A stretch of DNA of 64,000 nucleotides, from the NCBI RefSeq assembly GCF_009914755.1, contig NC_060926.1; one strand, written 5' to 3'. Numbering within the stretch: position 1 is the first letter of the stretch; every line of letters starts with the position of its first letter. The notes under the pieces are model-generated. The model worked only from the letters and a program-made list of their open reading frames with translations. It was not told where the DNA came from and did no database searches. This document shows, in pieces, positions 17,160 to 31,012 of the stretch. The position numbers and the translations under genes were made by a program. This DNA comes from the human T2T-CHM13v2.0 reference genome, Homo sapiens.

Positions 17160-17291
17160 GTGAGGACACCAGTGATGAATTCTGAAGCAAAAGTTCTGGT
17201 GCCTGGGATTCCTGGTCATCATGCAGCTATCAAGCCCGCTCCTCCACAAACCGAGCAAGTAGAGAGCAAGAGGAAGTCAGGGGGAAATGAG
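17160..17291 (+). CDS. WDR43: WDR43 exon 10 (132 nt; [11 protein letters not shown]...KRKSGGNE)
   Basis: gaacag|GTG, donor GAG|gtaatg. Confidence 0.95.
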
Positions 17292-17573
17292 GTAATGCAA
17301 CTGCTTTGACCATATATTTGAGTTTGTGATTTAAAATTACTGGGAAATTCTAACAAGTGTGTTGGATAGAGCCAAAGTTAAATCTTTAGAAATTTACTGA
17401 GATTTCTCCTGTTATGCTCTCTTTTATCTTCACCATCATAGATTTCATAATTCTAGATTGTCATCTTTGTTTAACAGAGAAGATGGAACCTTCAGTAACT
17501 AAAGAGGGTGCTGTTTTGGCCATTAGTTAGTAGTTAGCTGGGTAACATAAAATGGAATAAGTCAAGCCAGGAC

Positions 17574-17651
17574 TTGCTGTGATGACTATCATTGGGTTTC
17601 GCATGTTGCTGAGTTCCAGTGATGCCTCTTTTCTCTTGGCTGTCTGAGCAA
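17574..17651 (+). ncRNA. SNORD53B: Box C/D snoRNA SNORD53B (SNORD53 paralogue), intron 10
   Basis: C box GTGATGA 17579-17585, D' CTGA, C'-like GTGATGC, same guide TTCTCTTGGCTGT, D box 17644-17647, 13-bp extended terminal stem. Confidence 0.92.
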
Positions 17652-19169
17652 TCCTGGCTAACCTAGTGCCAGTTGGTCTCTAAAAGTGATAGTCATTATA
17701 ACTGCCTAAGTGTTTATGATCTTCATTTTTTCCTCAGTTCCCAAAATCCTTTGTGGTTACTGTACATGTCTGTGCAGAGTTGTTTTTTATCTTCCATTCA
17801 CATTCTTCCCTCTTACATAAGGAATCTGGAATTTTAACTGTTTCATTCTTACAGAAATACTAGGTTTCTTTAGCTGATTTTACTTTAATTTGTATTCTTT
17901 TTTTTTCTTTGTCCAATTTTTGAAGGATAATTTAGCTGATTTTAAATGCGTTTATTGGGTGGTGGGGTGGGGATAACATAGCTTCATAAAACATGTTTAT
18001 AACATGTTCATAAAAGTTATTCCTCAGTTACATGATAGCTGACTTTAAAAATAAAGCGCCAACTTTCTTTGGCTTGGCCTAGTTTCAACTTTTTAATTTC
18101 CCCATGTCCTTTTTAATCTTTTTTGTGTTAGGATAAACCAAGCACATCTGTTTGCTATGTTAGTCATAAAACAAATTTCTTTTTGATAACCAAGAGGCTG
18201 ACAGAACATGTTAGACTTGATTTAATCAGGAATCAGTTCTATACAATTGAGGGTGTTTGTTGTTGTTTTTGTTTGTTTGTTTGTTTTTTGGAGATAGGGT
18301 CTCATTCTGTCACCCAGACTGGGGTGCAATGGTTTGATCTTGGCTCACTGCAACCTCCACCTCCTGGGCTCAAGTGATCCTCCCACCTCAGCCTCTTGAG
18401 TAGCTGGGACCATAGATGGATGCCACTATGCCTGGCTAATTTTTTTATAGAGACAGAGTTTTGCCATGTTGCCCAGGCTGGTCTCGAACACCTGGGCTCA
18501 AGTGATCCGCCTGCCTCAGCCTCCCAGAGTGCTGGGATTACAGGTGAGAGCCACCACACCCAGACCACAGTTGAGTTTTTGTATAGCAAATTGCATCATG
18601 TTTATTTACACATAAATGTTAAGTATTTATCAAGGAAGGACACTTAGTTGTAGTATAGCATATTCTAGCTAATAAATCATCATTTGGAGCTCACTGTTAA
18701 AAATAGGAAGACATTTTAAAAAATTGTTTTGGGAACATAACATTTCTTTATGCCCTTTTAATAATATTTTGTTTCCTCCTGCAGATCTGAGAGTGACACC
18801 AAGGGATAGTTATAGTGGGGCAAGCTTCTGTGAGAATAGGTCTTAAGTCTTGTGTTCTAGAATCAGATGCCAGGTCCTTGCCTTTTCTGAATCTTCATTT
18901 AGAAGGATTTTTATGAATGAACATTTTCAAACTATGTGCTTCTTGGGCCGTTGTTTTTTTCACTAGAATCTGGAAGCTTGGATTGCAGATGTTTGTCTCC
19001 AACATTGGCATTATGGTAATGAGGTTCTCTTGGAATAAGAATGAGCATATTAGTGTTTTCTAGGGTTGAGGTGTAAATCTATTTTATTTTATTTTATTTT
19101 ATTTTTTTTGTCTCCAAACTACTTTAAGTCTTGTCTGGTAACACATTAACAATCCTTTCTGTTCTGTAG

Positions 19170-19301
19170 GTTAGCATTGAGGAACGTCTGGGAGCAATGG
19201 ATATAGACACACACAAAAAAGGAAAGGAAGACCTCCAGACGAATAGCTTTCCAGTTCTTCTTACCCAGGGCTTAGAAAGTAACGATTTTGAAATGCTAAA
19301 T
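19170..19301 (+). CDS. WDR43: WDR43 exon 11 (132 nt; [10 protein letters not shown]...SNDFEMLN)
   Basis: ttctgtag|GTT, donor AAT|gtaagt. Confidence 0.95.
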
Positions 19302-19461
19302 GTAAGTATATAGCAATTTTTAACTAAATTAACATGGTTAATATTTCTTAGAAAATGATTGACATAGCACATTCACAGCTGTGAGCCATCATGTTACAGA
19401 GCCATTTGGAATGTAATGTTTTATGAGTTTAGTCAAACATGTATCACTTGGTGGCATTATA

Positions 19462-19867
19462 CAGACAGTCACCAACCTACAACGGGATTGCATTGAGTTA
19501 TTTTGAACCTGGAATGCATTTTCTCATAGAAATACTGTTCTGAATTATTAGGTTATTAGGCTTTAGTTCATAAAAGCCTTTATAAACATAGTGTAGCTGA
19601 ATGATAATACTCAGCATTCTAGATCACAATTTATATTTTTTTCTGTAGGAAAATGCGTTCCTGAGTTTTTACTCTGGATTCCAGAAACTTATTTCCCCCT
19701 GGCCGTGAGAGGGGGCAGTGAGGTGGAACCTTGGCAATGGGTAGGAGGTTTGGGGGAAAATTCAAGAGGGTTGGGGGTTATGTTGTAAAATATGTAGAGG
19801 TAAAAGTACTAGAAACTTTGTATAAAGGGAGGCATTTATGATTTCTGTGTAAGTTGGTGACTGCTTG
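19462..19867. mobile_element. Tigger-type MITE with intact terminal inverted repeats and TA target-site duplications, intron 11
   Basis: Left TA|CAGACAGTCACCAACCTACA; right TGTAAGTTGGTGACTGCTTG|TA (reverse-complementary, about 17/20). Confidence 0.75.
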
Positions 19868-20706
19868 TATGAAGTTACTCAGTTTGATTCTCTTAAATTC
19901 TACAGTTTGACAGCATTCTATCTAGAATATTTAAGTGAAAAACAGTTCGATTCAAGTACTGCCTGATCAGATTAAAGCAGTTTACATTTGCTAATGCATT
20001 TATTCTTAATGACTCATAGCAGTGTTGTGATTTCAGTGAGTGTCAATGTGACTTTAATCCATAACCTATGAATAGTGTGTCTCATTTTATTTGATCCATT
20101 TTTTTAGGGTACATTGATCCTAAAATTACTTTTAAAATAGTTTGTGAATGTGTGTATTGTGGAGGTAGATTTTAGTTTACCATGGCATAGAAACCTGGGT
20201 GAAGATTTGGTGAAAAATCTGTAGAAAACAATTGACAGTGTTTTTGAAATGGAATATAACTTAACTGCCCTCATTGCGTTCTAATTATGCTTTGAAACCT
20301 TCCTCAGTAGGTACAAATGAATCAAGTACAAATTTTTTCTTTTTCTTATTAAGAAACAGTTCAAAACATTTAGAATAGTACAGTGGACCATCACGAACTC
20401 ATTACCTAGTTTCAAAAATTATCAGTACTAGCCAATCAACTGTTGATTTGTTGATAGTCTCACTTGTCTCCCCAAGTTATGGTGAAGCAAATCTCAGATG
20501 ATCACATATCATTTTATCCATAAATATGCCCCATTCAACTTAAAACATCCTTTAAAAAAATAACCATAATCCATTGTTGCACCTCAAAAAAGTAATTCTT
20601 TAAAAATTATCAAATATCATTAGTGTTTGTATTTCCCTGATTGTCTCAAACTTTTTTTTTATTTCTGCTTTTTTTTTTTTTTTGGAGATAGAGTCTTGCT
20701 TTGTAG

Positions 20707-20907
<201 letters not shown>

Positions 20908-21775
20908 TGATCCACCCGCCTTGGCCTCCCAAAGTCCTGGGATTACAGGCGTGAGCCACTGTGCCGGCCTATTTTTGCTTTCTTTAAAACAAGATTCCAA
21001 CAGAGTCTACACTGTATTTAGTTGGTATGCCCCTTCTGTCTCTTGCAATTTAGTTTTTTGGAAAAGTTAGGTTATTTGCCTAGTAGAGCGTTCCATGTTC
21101 AAGATTTTGCATACTGCATCACTGTGGTATCATTTAACACATGGCTCTGTTTATCTTGTTCTTTATATAGGTTAGATCTAGAAGCTTGAAGATCTAGATC
21201 TAGTTCTGGTTAGATCTATAAGCTAGAAGAGATTCGGTTTAAAATCTTTTTTTTTTTTGCAAGAACGTTTCAAAGATGTTAATATGTAACTTTCATTAAG
21301 TGTCATAGGTGTTGAAAGGGAAAATAAAATGCTGTTTATGAAAACACTTCTTAAATTGTATAGGTTACTTAGGTAGAAATAATAGAGAAGTGGTTGAATG
21401 ATGAAAAATTGTGTGCTTGAAAAGTTAGTAAAGAGCATAAAATACACATGCCCTTCCCCCCGCCCTTTTTTTTTTTTTTTTTAAATGAGACAGGGTCTCA
21501 CTCTGTCACCCAGGCTGGAAGAGCAGTGTTGCAATTGTAGCTCACTGCATGAACTCCTGGGCTCAAGTGATCCTGCCACCTCAGCCTCCTGAGTATCTGG
21601 GACTGCAGGCACGCATCACCATAGCCAGCTAATTTTTAAAATTTTTTTGGTAGAGACAGGGTCTGCTGTGTTGCTCACATTGGTTTCAAAGTCTTGTTCT
21701 CAAGTAATCCTCCTGCCTCAGCCTCACAAAGTGCTGGCATAGAATAGCCCTTTCAGAAAATTTTTATTCTATTGA

Positions 21776-21877
<102 letters not shown>

Positions 21878-22299
21878 TAAGTAGCTGAGATTATGGTTAT
21901 GTGCCACCACACCCAGCTAATTTTGTATTTTTAGTAGAGACAGGACTTCACTGCGTTTGCCAGGATGGTCTCAGACTCCTGATCTCCGGTCACCTGCCCC
22001 TCTTGGCCTCCCAGAATGCTGGGATTACAGGCGTGAGCCACCGTTCCCAGCCAAGTAAACCCTTTTTTAAAAAAGAAAAGAATGGATGTTCTTATAATGT
22101 ATTACCTAGGAGATTATGCATTTATATATTCTGTACTCTAAAAAGAAAGAGGTTAGTAACATTTTTCTTTCTAAAAACGTTTTCCCCCTTCCCAAAAGCT
22201 GCCTTATGAGGATACATAGTTATGAGGATATTAAAAATAGGAACAAAAGAAGAATGTGAGCAGTGACAGGGATACAACATGGCACCTTCCAAGAGGTTA

Positions 22300-24050
22300 A
22301 TACTGTCTGTCATAGAAAACCTGACATTAACATTAATGGCATTTGGAAGGTGGAAATGTAACTCAATGAATTAGTGTGTAGCTTATGCAAAAAGAGAAGC
22401 GTATTTATGTAATTCATGGCATCCATAGGGGATATTTTTAAATATTTTAAAAAGCATTTAAGTTAAATATTTTTTAACAGTTCCATTTATAGTAGTACCA
22501 AAAAATACCTAGGGTATATCTAAAACAGGTAACTGTCTCTACACTGAAAATTATAACAGTTGAGAGAAGTTAATGAAGACCTAAGTAAATAGAGATCTAA
22601 GCCCTGTTCATGGGTTAGAATATTCTGTATTTTGGGGTCAAGAATTCTCCCCAAATAATCTATATATTTAATCCATTCTCAATTAAAATTCCAGCAGTCC
22701 TTGTCAGCCACCTTCGTAGAAATTGACAAACCTATCCTAAAATTTATGTGGAAATGCAAAGGACATGGAATAACCAAAGAAATGGTAAAATAAAGAGCAA
22801 GTTGGAGGAATCACCCAGTTGATTTCAAAATAAAGCTATAGTAGTCAAGATAGTTTGATATTGGTGAAAAAATAAATATAGATTAAGGGGCCAAAACAGA
22901 GTCCAGAAATAAACCACATGCAATTGGAAAAAAATGGATCTCAGTTTTATCTCACCTTACACAAAAATCAATGCAAAATAGACCATAGACTTGACTGTAA
23001 AACCTAAAACTACAAAACTTCTGGGAAAAAACAGGAGAACATCTTTGTGAACAAGAGTGGGGAAAGATTTCTTAGATATAGCATACAATGCATGAAATGT
23101 TAAAGAAAAAATTGGTCATTTGAACCTTATCAAAATTAGAAACTTCTGTTCTTGGAAAAACAGTGTTAGGAGTATAACAAAACAAGCTGAGGGCTGGGAA
23201 CAAAATATTAGCAACTCATGTTAGACAAAGGATTTGTATCTGGACTTTAAAGCAGTTGGTAAAGGTTTGAATAGACACTTCACAATAGAATTCAAATGGC
23301 CAGTAAGCACATGTAAAGGTTTTATGCATTATTAATTATCACAGAAAGGCAAATTAAAACCACAGTGAAATAAAGCTTGCACACACCCCTTATAGGTTGA
23401 TAAAAATGCGAAAGACAGACAATAATACCATCTGTTGGTGAGGATGTAGAGCAGCTGAAATTCAAGTATGTTACTGGTGGGAATGTAAATGGTATAACTA
23501 CTTTGGAAAACAATTAGTTTATTAAAAATTGAGGATGTATCCACATATGATGGAGCCATTCTGCTGCTAGATATTTACCAGGAGAATAACACACATACGT
23601 TCATACAAAGACTTCCTCATGAATGTTCTTTGTAATGGCCCTAAACTGGAAAGAACACATATGTCCTTTAACAGGTGAATGGAGAAACAAATTGTTCATC
23701 TAGCAATATAAGTAATGTGTTATTAATAGACCAGTAGTATTCATGAATCTCAAACTAAGGCTGTGAGAAAGAAGCCAAGCAAAAAGTAATATAAATTCCT
23801 ATTTATATAAAAATTCTGGAAAAGCAGACCAATACATAGTTCAGTAGCTGCCTGGGAATCGGGGTGGAAGGAGGGATACATTTAAAGGGACCCAAGGAGA
23901 CCCGAGGGTGATACAGTGTTTATTTTTATCATATCATAGTATTTGTTTCATGGGTAAAGAGTATGTCAAACTGATCAAGCAGTACACTTTAAATATATGG
24001 TGTTTATTACGCTTCATTTGTACTGCAGTAAAGTTGTAAAAGAAAAATCT
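22300..24050 (+). mobile_element. Old L1 (L1M) ORF2-end/3' UTR fragment, intron 11
   Basis: Degenerate L1 ORF2 motifs (ttctccccaaat, gaaattgacaa, gaatagacacttcac, gttggtgaggatgtaga). Confidence 0.8.
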
Positions 24051-25110
24051 TGTCTTCAACACCACCTTCTTAGTAGTTATAACTATGGCTTATAGGTTTG
24101 TTTCTTTACATACATCCTTGATGGAAATTAATGAGGCTGACTCCTCTGTTTATTATCATTTCACTTAGTTTGGGATAACGTATTTTTATTTGCTGATTTT
24201 AAATTAGAAAATCATTACTAATTACTGAGACCAGGAGGTCAAAGCTGCAGTGAGCTGTGATCATGTCAGTGCACTCCAGCCCAGACAGCAGAATGAGGCC
24301 CCTGTTTCAAATAAATACATTAATAGGTTGGAAACTAACTTCCTCTATTTTTGCCTTTTGGTGCCACTGCTGTTTCTATTCTGAGCATATTTATAGCAAC
24401 AACCATCACCAACAAATACATACACCATTAGAAAGACTCTCTGGAACTAAACCCTTTCAAAAGGACCCTAATTTTCACCTTCTACTTCTGTAAAGCATGT
24501 GGGGCTTGAAGAAGTTGAACAACCTGTGCCAGAAGGTGTGCTTCTAAGGGGCAGGACCGGAACTGATCTGCTCTGTGTCCTTTGCTGTAACCCAGTGTGG
24601 AGACTGGGTCTCCACCATAGATGTACGCTTAAAGGGTTTTGATTCAAGCTCTCATTATGTCATCTTTTGATTGGCATAAAATTTTACCAAAATTTTGACA
24701 CCTACTTTAAAAGGATTTCTTGCTTTCTAAGTAATTTTACTGTTTTGCTCACTCTAGGGTGGATACAGCCCAAATTTCATAAAATGGAGGTTTGGGAACA
24801 TCTTTAAAGTGGCATATGTCTGTATTCAAACGTCTAGAGATGTTTTAATAAAACACAAAGAAGTAAAATTACTTCAGTAATGAAGTAAATTTACTGATAC
24901 CCAAAGACTGTGCTTGTCTGTTAAGCACAAGACGTAATATAACATACTCCATTCAGTCCCTCCAACCTTTATTTTTGCTAAATTCAGTTTGTAGTTTATT
25001 GCCTTGGTCTTAAATGATTTAAAGGATTCATTTTTACAGACTTTTTTTTTTCTGTGATGTCCTTGGTTTGTCAGTATGCTCATCTTAATAATCCTTTTAT
25101 TTTCTCACAG

Positions 25111-25197
25111 AAAGTACTTCAAACTAGGAATGTAAACCTTATAAAGAAGACTGTATTAAGGATGCCCCTGCATACTATTATTCCGTTGTTACAAGAG
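25111..25197 (+). CDS. WDR43: WDR43 exon 12 (87 nt; [29 protein letters not shown])
   Basis: tctcacag|AAA, donor GAG|gtaact. Confidence 0.95.
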
Positions 25198-26506
25198 GTA
25201 ACTGACTGCTTTTTTCATTTCAGCATCCTAATGCCATGAGTTAAATGGAAAATTCAGTAGTTAGAGAAATGGATTTGTAATACGTAAGGACACATGGCAT
25301 TTAGAGTGAGTAATGGATGGAGGAAAGTACTTTAGACAAAAAAAAAAAAAAAAGTGAAATTAATTCCTGGGGCAATGAAAGGAAATGTCATTGGCAGTTT
25401 TACCTTTATTCTGCTAATGGCTATTGTGTGTCTGTTTACCTGGAGGCACTTGGAACTTGTGGCACAGAATGCTGTATGTACAGGATATCATCTACATGGG
25501 AATAATTGTTGTAAACACCCCAAACATAAAGCTCCCAAATTCTCATTTTGGTTTTTCCCAGTATGTCCTGTGAGGTACCTTAACCTTACACCGAAACCAT
25601 TTTTATATGTATTGATTTTCTTAATCACAGTTTGGTTGTTAATCTCTGTGACTGGCAGTATGGAATTGGAGGTGGGAGGACTGCTTGAGCCCAGGAGTTT
25701 AAGACTGTAATGCGCTATGATTGCACATTTAAATAGCCACTATACTCTAGCCTAGGCAACATAGCAAGACCCCATCTTAAAAAAAAAAAGTATATATAAT
25801 TTCACTGAAACTTGCCCTACAAGAGTGGGTATAAATTTTTAAAAATTAGGCCTAAAAATAGAGTGTATTCTTTGTAATTAGAAATTATACCTGGATTCCA
25901 TTTATCTAACATGCTGCTGAAGTATTTTGCAAGTATAGTTACGGTATTAACAGTGTGGGCTGGTGTACCATTATTGGTAAGGGAAAACTCTGTACTTAAA
26001 AAAGCAGTGTCTTGTATAGAAAAGGGTGGTCATGTGTTTTTGTAATACTGCCTACTATAAAAATTTGCCTAACCTTGATTTTTTTCTTTGTATTTTAAAA
26101 ATCGAGATACAATTCACGTAGCATAAAATTTAACTCTTTTAAAGTATACATTTTAGTGTTTTTCAGTATGTTTGCAAGTTGTGCAGTTGTCACCCCAAAA
26201 AGAAATCCTTTATCTATTAGCAGTCACTCTCCATTCTTCCTTCTCCCCAGTTGGCTGGCAATCACTAAGCTATTTTCTGTCTGTGGATTTTGCCGGTTCT
26301 GGACATTCCTTCATATAAGTCCTATCCTAGACTTTTATCAGCTAATTACTCTGATTATGGGAATGTATTCATAGACTGTATTATGCGGTTTAAAATAGAC
26401 TACTTATTAGAATAATAATTTCTCAATATTGTCATTGTATCATAGGAATTGACAGCATTGGTTGCCTCTGAAGTGCTGTTGTTAATAGTGTTTTTCTCTC
26501 CCTTAG

Positions 26507-26538
26507 CTTACAAAGAGGTTACAAGGACATCCTAATAG
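26507..26538 (+). CDS. WDR43: WDR43 exon 13 (32 nt; LTKRLQGHPN(S))
   Basis: ctcccttag|CTT, donor AG|gtaaga; required to keep frame between exons 12 and 14. Confidence 0.93.
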
Positions 26539-27516
26539 GTAAGATTAAACAGGTGACTTAAAAACAGTGTTGTCTGACAGCATGAAATTAAATATTAGGT
26601 GGTTCTGATTTCTAACTAATAAAACTCTTTCAGTGTCAAATATTAACCCCTCGCCACCTCCCTTATTTTAAGTTGAATGATTCTTATTCTTAGCGTTTTA
26701 TTATAGTTTTCTTTTGCAAAACTCCTAAATTGATACTTTAGCTTTATTAGCAGGTCATTTAAATGATTAGTCTTATTTAATAACTTAGTGTTGATATCGT
26801 AAAACTGCTGCTTATAGTACCTGCCGAACCTCTGATAGCTGCTTAAGACTCTGTAAAAATATGTTTTAGCTAAAAGACTAAATTTTGTGTCTTTTTTCTT
26901 GATAATCTGATCAAACATTTAAATAACATGACATCTTAAAGATCCTAAGCTTATAGTATATTATCATCAGTATCTAGATAGTAAAATATGTAGTTTTTCT
27001 TTAAAAATTTTTTTTTCTCGTGGGGTGCATTAGCCTTCTGAGCTCACAAAAGAGGAAAGCTAAATAATTCATTAATTATGACTTTTTTGCACATTTTTGG
27101 TCTATATTTGCCTTTTAATGTTAATGGAGGACTTTGCTATTCTTGACAGATTTTTATGTTTATTGTTAACATAAAATGCAAAACCAGTCGAACTCAATTT
27201 GGACGAAGATTACTGCCCTCATATCAGTTAATTATGAAGTAAAGCACGGGTTTTGTTCTTGAACTGTTTTAGAGGAAGGGGTTTTGTCCTGTTTTCTGAT
27301 GTGGCCCCCAATCCCTGCCCAAGGTCTATGACACAGAGCTCAGATAATCTGAAAGAAAAAACGGAAAGTGATATATACACAGTGATATATTTATTACAGT
27401 CATTTTCACAGAGCAACATTTATAGACCTTCACTTGTCTGTCTGGGTTTTCTAACAGCTCAGTTGAATTTACTTTTGAATTTGTGAACATTAGTTTACTT
27501 GGATTTTTTTTTCCAG

Positions 27517-27580
27517 TGCTGTGCTAATGGTTCAGTGGCTAAAATGTGTGTTAACAGTTCATGCATCATACCTGTCCACG
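27517..27580 (+). CDS. WDR43: WDR43 exon 14 (64 nt; AVLMVQWLKCVLTVHASYLST)
   Basis: ttttccag|T, donor ACG|gtgagt; Utp12-domain W..L..H motif. Confidence 0.95.
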
Positions 27581-28466
27581 GTGAGTCTTTTCAGCTTCTG
27601 TTGCCGAGTATGAATAGTTTGGCTTTGATAAGGATTGTAAACTTTGACAAGTATGGCTGAACAAAACCATCCTTTCCCCATCTATCCTTCAGCCGTTAGA
27701 TGCTTCCTTTAGAGATTTTGTTTTACCCCAGGTGCAATGACATGAGCCCTTTCATGATGTCACTGCTGTGGCTTTTTATAAATTGGTCTTCCCCTCTGCC
27801 CCCCGGATGTAAAAATATAGAGATCTTTACAAATACAGAAAGGAGAAAAGTTATATAATGACATACTAAGATTTAGATGTGACACACACACAGGCACGGC
27901 AGGTTTTAAATGTTTTTATACATGCTAATGTGTCTGTCCTGCCTTGTCCCAGGAGGATAAAATGTAGTTAATGGTAACAGTAACATAAATATTTGCTACC
28001 TGACAATTTGCTGGTGCTGCTGTCAGCTCTTGATTACCTATGATGAAATAGAAGAGGGAAAGCAACACCAGAAAAAAAAAATTGTATTCATAATATGAGT
28101 TGGGTTCTTTGCCACATCATTACATCCATTATATTTTAAGCTGGAAATAAAAGTATTCAATTTTTTTTCTTTATCTAGTGCTTTACTTTAAGCTTTAAGT
28201 TTTTAGTGGACAGTTGAAAAAAATCCTGAATTGTTCTTTAAAATGTAGCTCTTCTTAACACAGTCTCACCCAACTCCTGCCTTGTCACAGTCCCTTGTTC
28301 TCTGTCACTGACTCCTTTGCCTTCAGTGGCTTGAATTAGGGAAAACTTGGTTAATCTGCTTTGAGGTCAGCAGTTTGTTCTTTGTGTGTTTGGGGAGAAC
28401 TCGCTAAGATGCTGGAATGGGGTTGAGAGAAACAACAGATCTTGGGTGTCCCAGCCTGTAGGAGGC

Positions 28467-28788
28467 TTGGGAGGTGACCTGGGAGCACTGATGAGAGGCG
28501 TTTTGGGAGGTGGCCTGGGAGCACTGGTGAGAGGGGTTTTGGGAGGTGGCCTGGCAGCACTGGTGAGGGGGGTTTTGGGAGGTGGCCTGGGAACACTGGT
28601 GAGGGGGGTTTTGGGAGGTGACCTGGGAGCACTGGTGAGAGGGGTTTTTGGGAGGTGACCTGGGAGCACTGGTGAGAGGGGTTTTGGGAGGTGACTTGGG
28701 AGCACTGGTGAGAGGAGTTTTGGGAGGTGACTTGGGAGCACTGGTGAGAGGGGTTTTGGGAGGTGACTTGGGAGCACTGGTGAGAGGG
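28467..28788. repeat. 36-bp G-rich minisatellite, about 9 copies (TTGGGAGGTGACCTGGGAGCACTGGTGAGAGGGGTT), intron 14
   Basis: Units start at 28467, 28503, 28539, 28575, 28611, 28648, 28684, 28720 and 28756; it explains the repetitive ORFs here. Confidence 0.95.
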
Positions 28789-29377
28789 TGGCCGAGGGGC
28801 ATTGCAATTGCATGAACGATCCCAGCAGACATTGGATCTTAGGAATCTGGATGGCAAATGGGGCAACACTAATGTGGCCTCAGTTACTTGCTTAGAAGTG
28901 AGGAGAGACCCGGGAGATCTTGTAGTGAAATCTTTTCTGGAATCAACTCCTGAGGTATAACCAGAGTAGTTGTGGTGTAACATTCAAGGTCGTGGCAGAA
29001 CAGACGAAAGAATGGTATAGGGAGGGCCCCTCAGCCCGTAGCAGTTATCAAGGAAACCATGGTTTTCCTCGCTCTTTTCCTTCATTTCTTCCTTCCTTTG
29101 CTGATATTTTTAAGTGCCTTCTGTAAGCCAAGGGCTATGCCAGGCATGGGGATTCAGCAATGTACCAAACACTCTGGTCCCCATCTTCTTGGAGCTCATA
29201 GTCTGAACAGGGACACAAAAGGGAGGTGATAAATTGGAATGCAATGACCTTAAACCTTGCTTTACTAATTTTTGTGTCTGTCTGCTGTTTAAAGTTAACA
29301 TTTGAATGAAACACTTTTTTACTAAAGTATTAGAAATAGGAGTGCAGGTAAAGGCTAATCAGAGGTAAGGAGTGGAG

Positions 29378-30205
<828 letters not shown>

Positions 30206-31012
30206 TAAATTTTTCCAGTTGCTTTTTATAGTTGATCTAGGATAGAAAAATTATGGCCATCATGGTTTCCTTTCATATTGTTAAAAATGATCAAGGGGAC
30301 TTTAAGATTTTATGAGAAAGGCAAATTACCATTGTTTTATTCCTCAGTGAACCTGGAGGAGCCAGACCTTTATCAGTCGTGTTGTGTTCCAAATATAACA
30401 GCTATATTCTCAATACAAAAGACTCTGATGAGAGCAACATGGGAGCAAAAAAGAGAATGTCCTACTTTCATTTTTTAAATATGTTTTAGAGGACTCATTA
30501 ACAGGAAGTATATTTAAAATGCAAAAGGTCAACTTTGTACTTTGTTCTACTGGTCTCTGGGAGCTGGGAAAAGGCTTCTCTGCCTCTTTGGGGCCTTACA
30601 GTAAGGGTAGATAATATGCTAGCATCAGAGGATAAGATTCAGAGGAAAGCCTCTTTAGCCTGGAGATACGTGGTAGAGGCATTTTTAATTTCCTGTCTAC
30701 TTTATATGGGATATTGGCCTTATCTGAAATAGTTTGATCAATACAGAAAAGTGCCACCTTGCAGTTTCACTCTCTTGCCCTTATATCATTTTTTTTATAA
30801 GCCTATTATTTTTTCCTCCTAGGACATTGAGGGTCTTCTGTGAAAATTCGTGATGTTGTTAGGCTATGTTGCAGGTAGCCACTGCCACTGGGAGTACTTG
30901 TAAGCAGATGTGTGTGGTGCAGTGGCTAAATACTGAGGCATAGCTGAGCATGATTTGCGTGTTCGTCATCTCTAATACGTTAATAGTGCCAAATGATCAT
31001 TTTTTTCTCTAG

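Noticed and set aside
21170-21230. Short local duplication with AGATCT palindromes (ggttagatctagaagct twice)
   Set aside because: Small slippage duplication inside an old L1-like fragment, with no sign of function.
28351-28983. Repetitive Pro/Gly-rich ORFs on both strands
   Set aside because: They are translations of the 36-bp minisatellite (unit divisible by 3), with no coding evidence.
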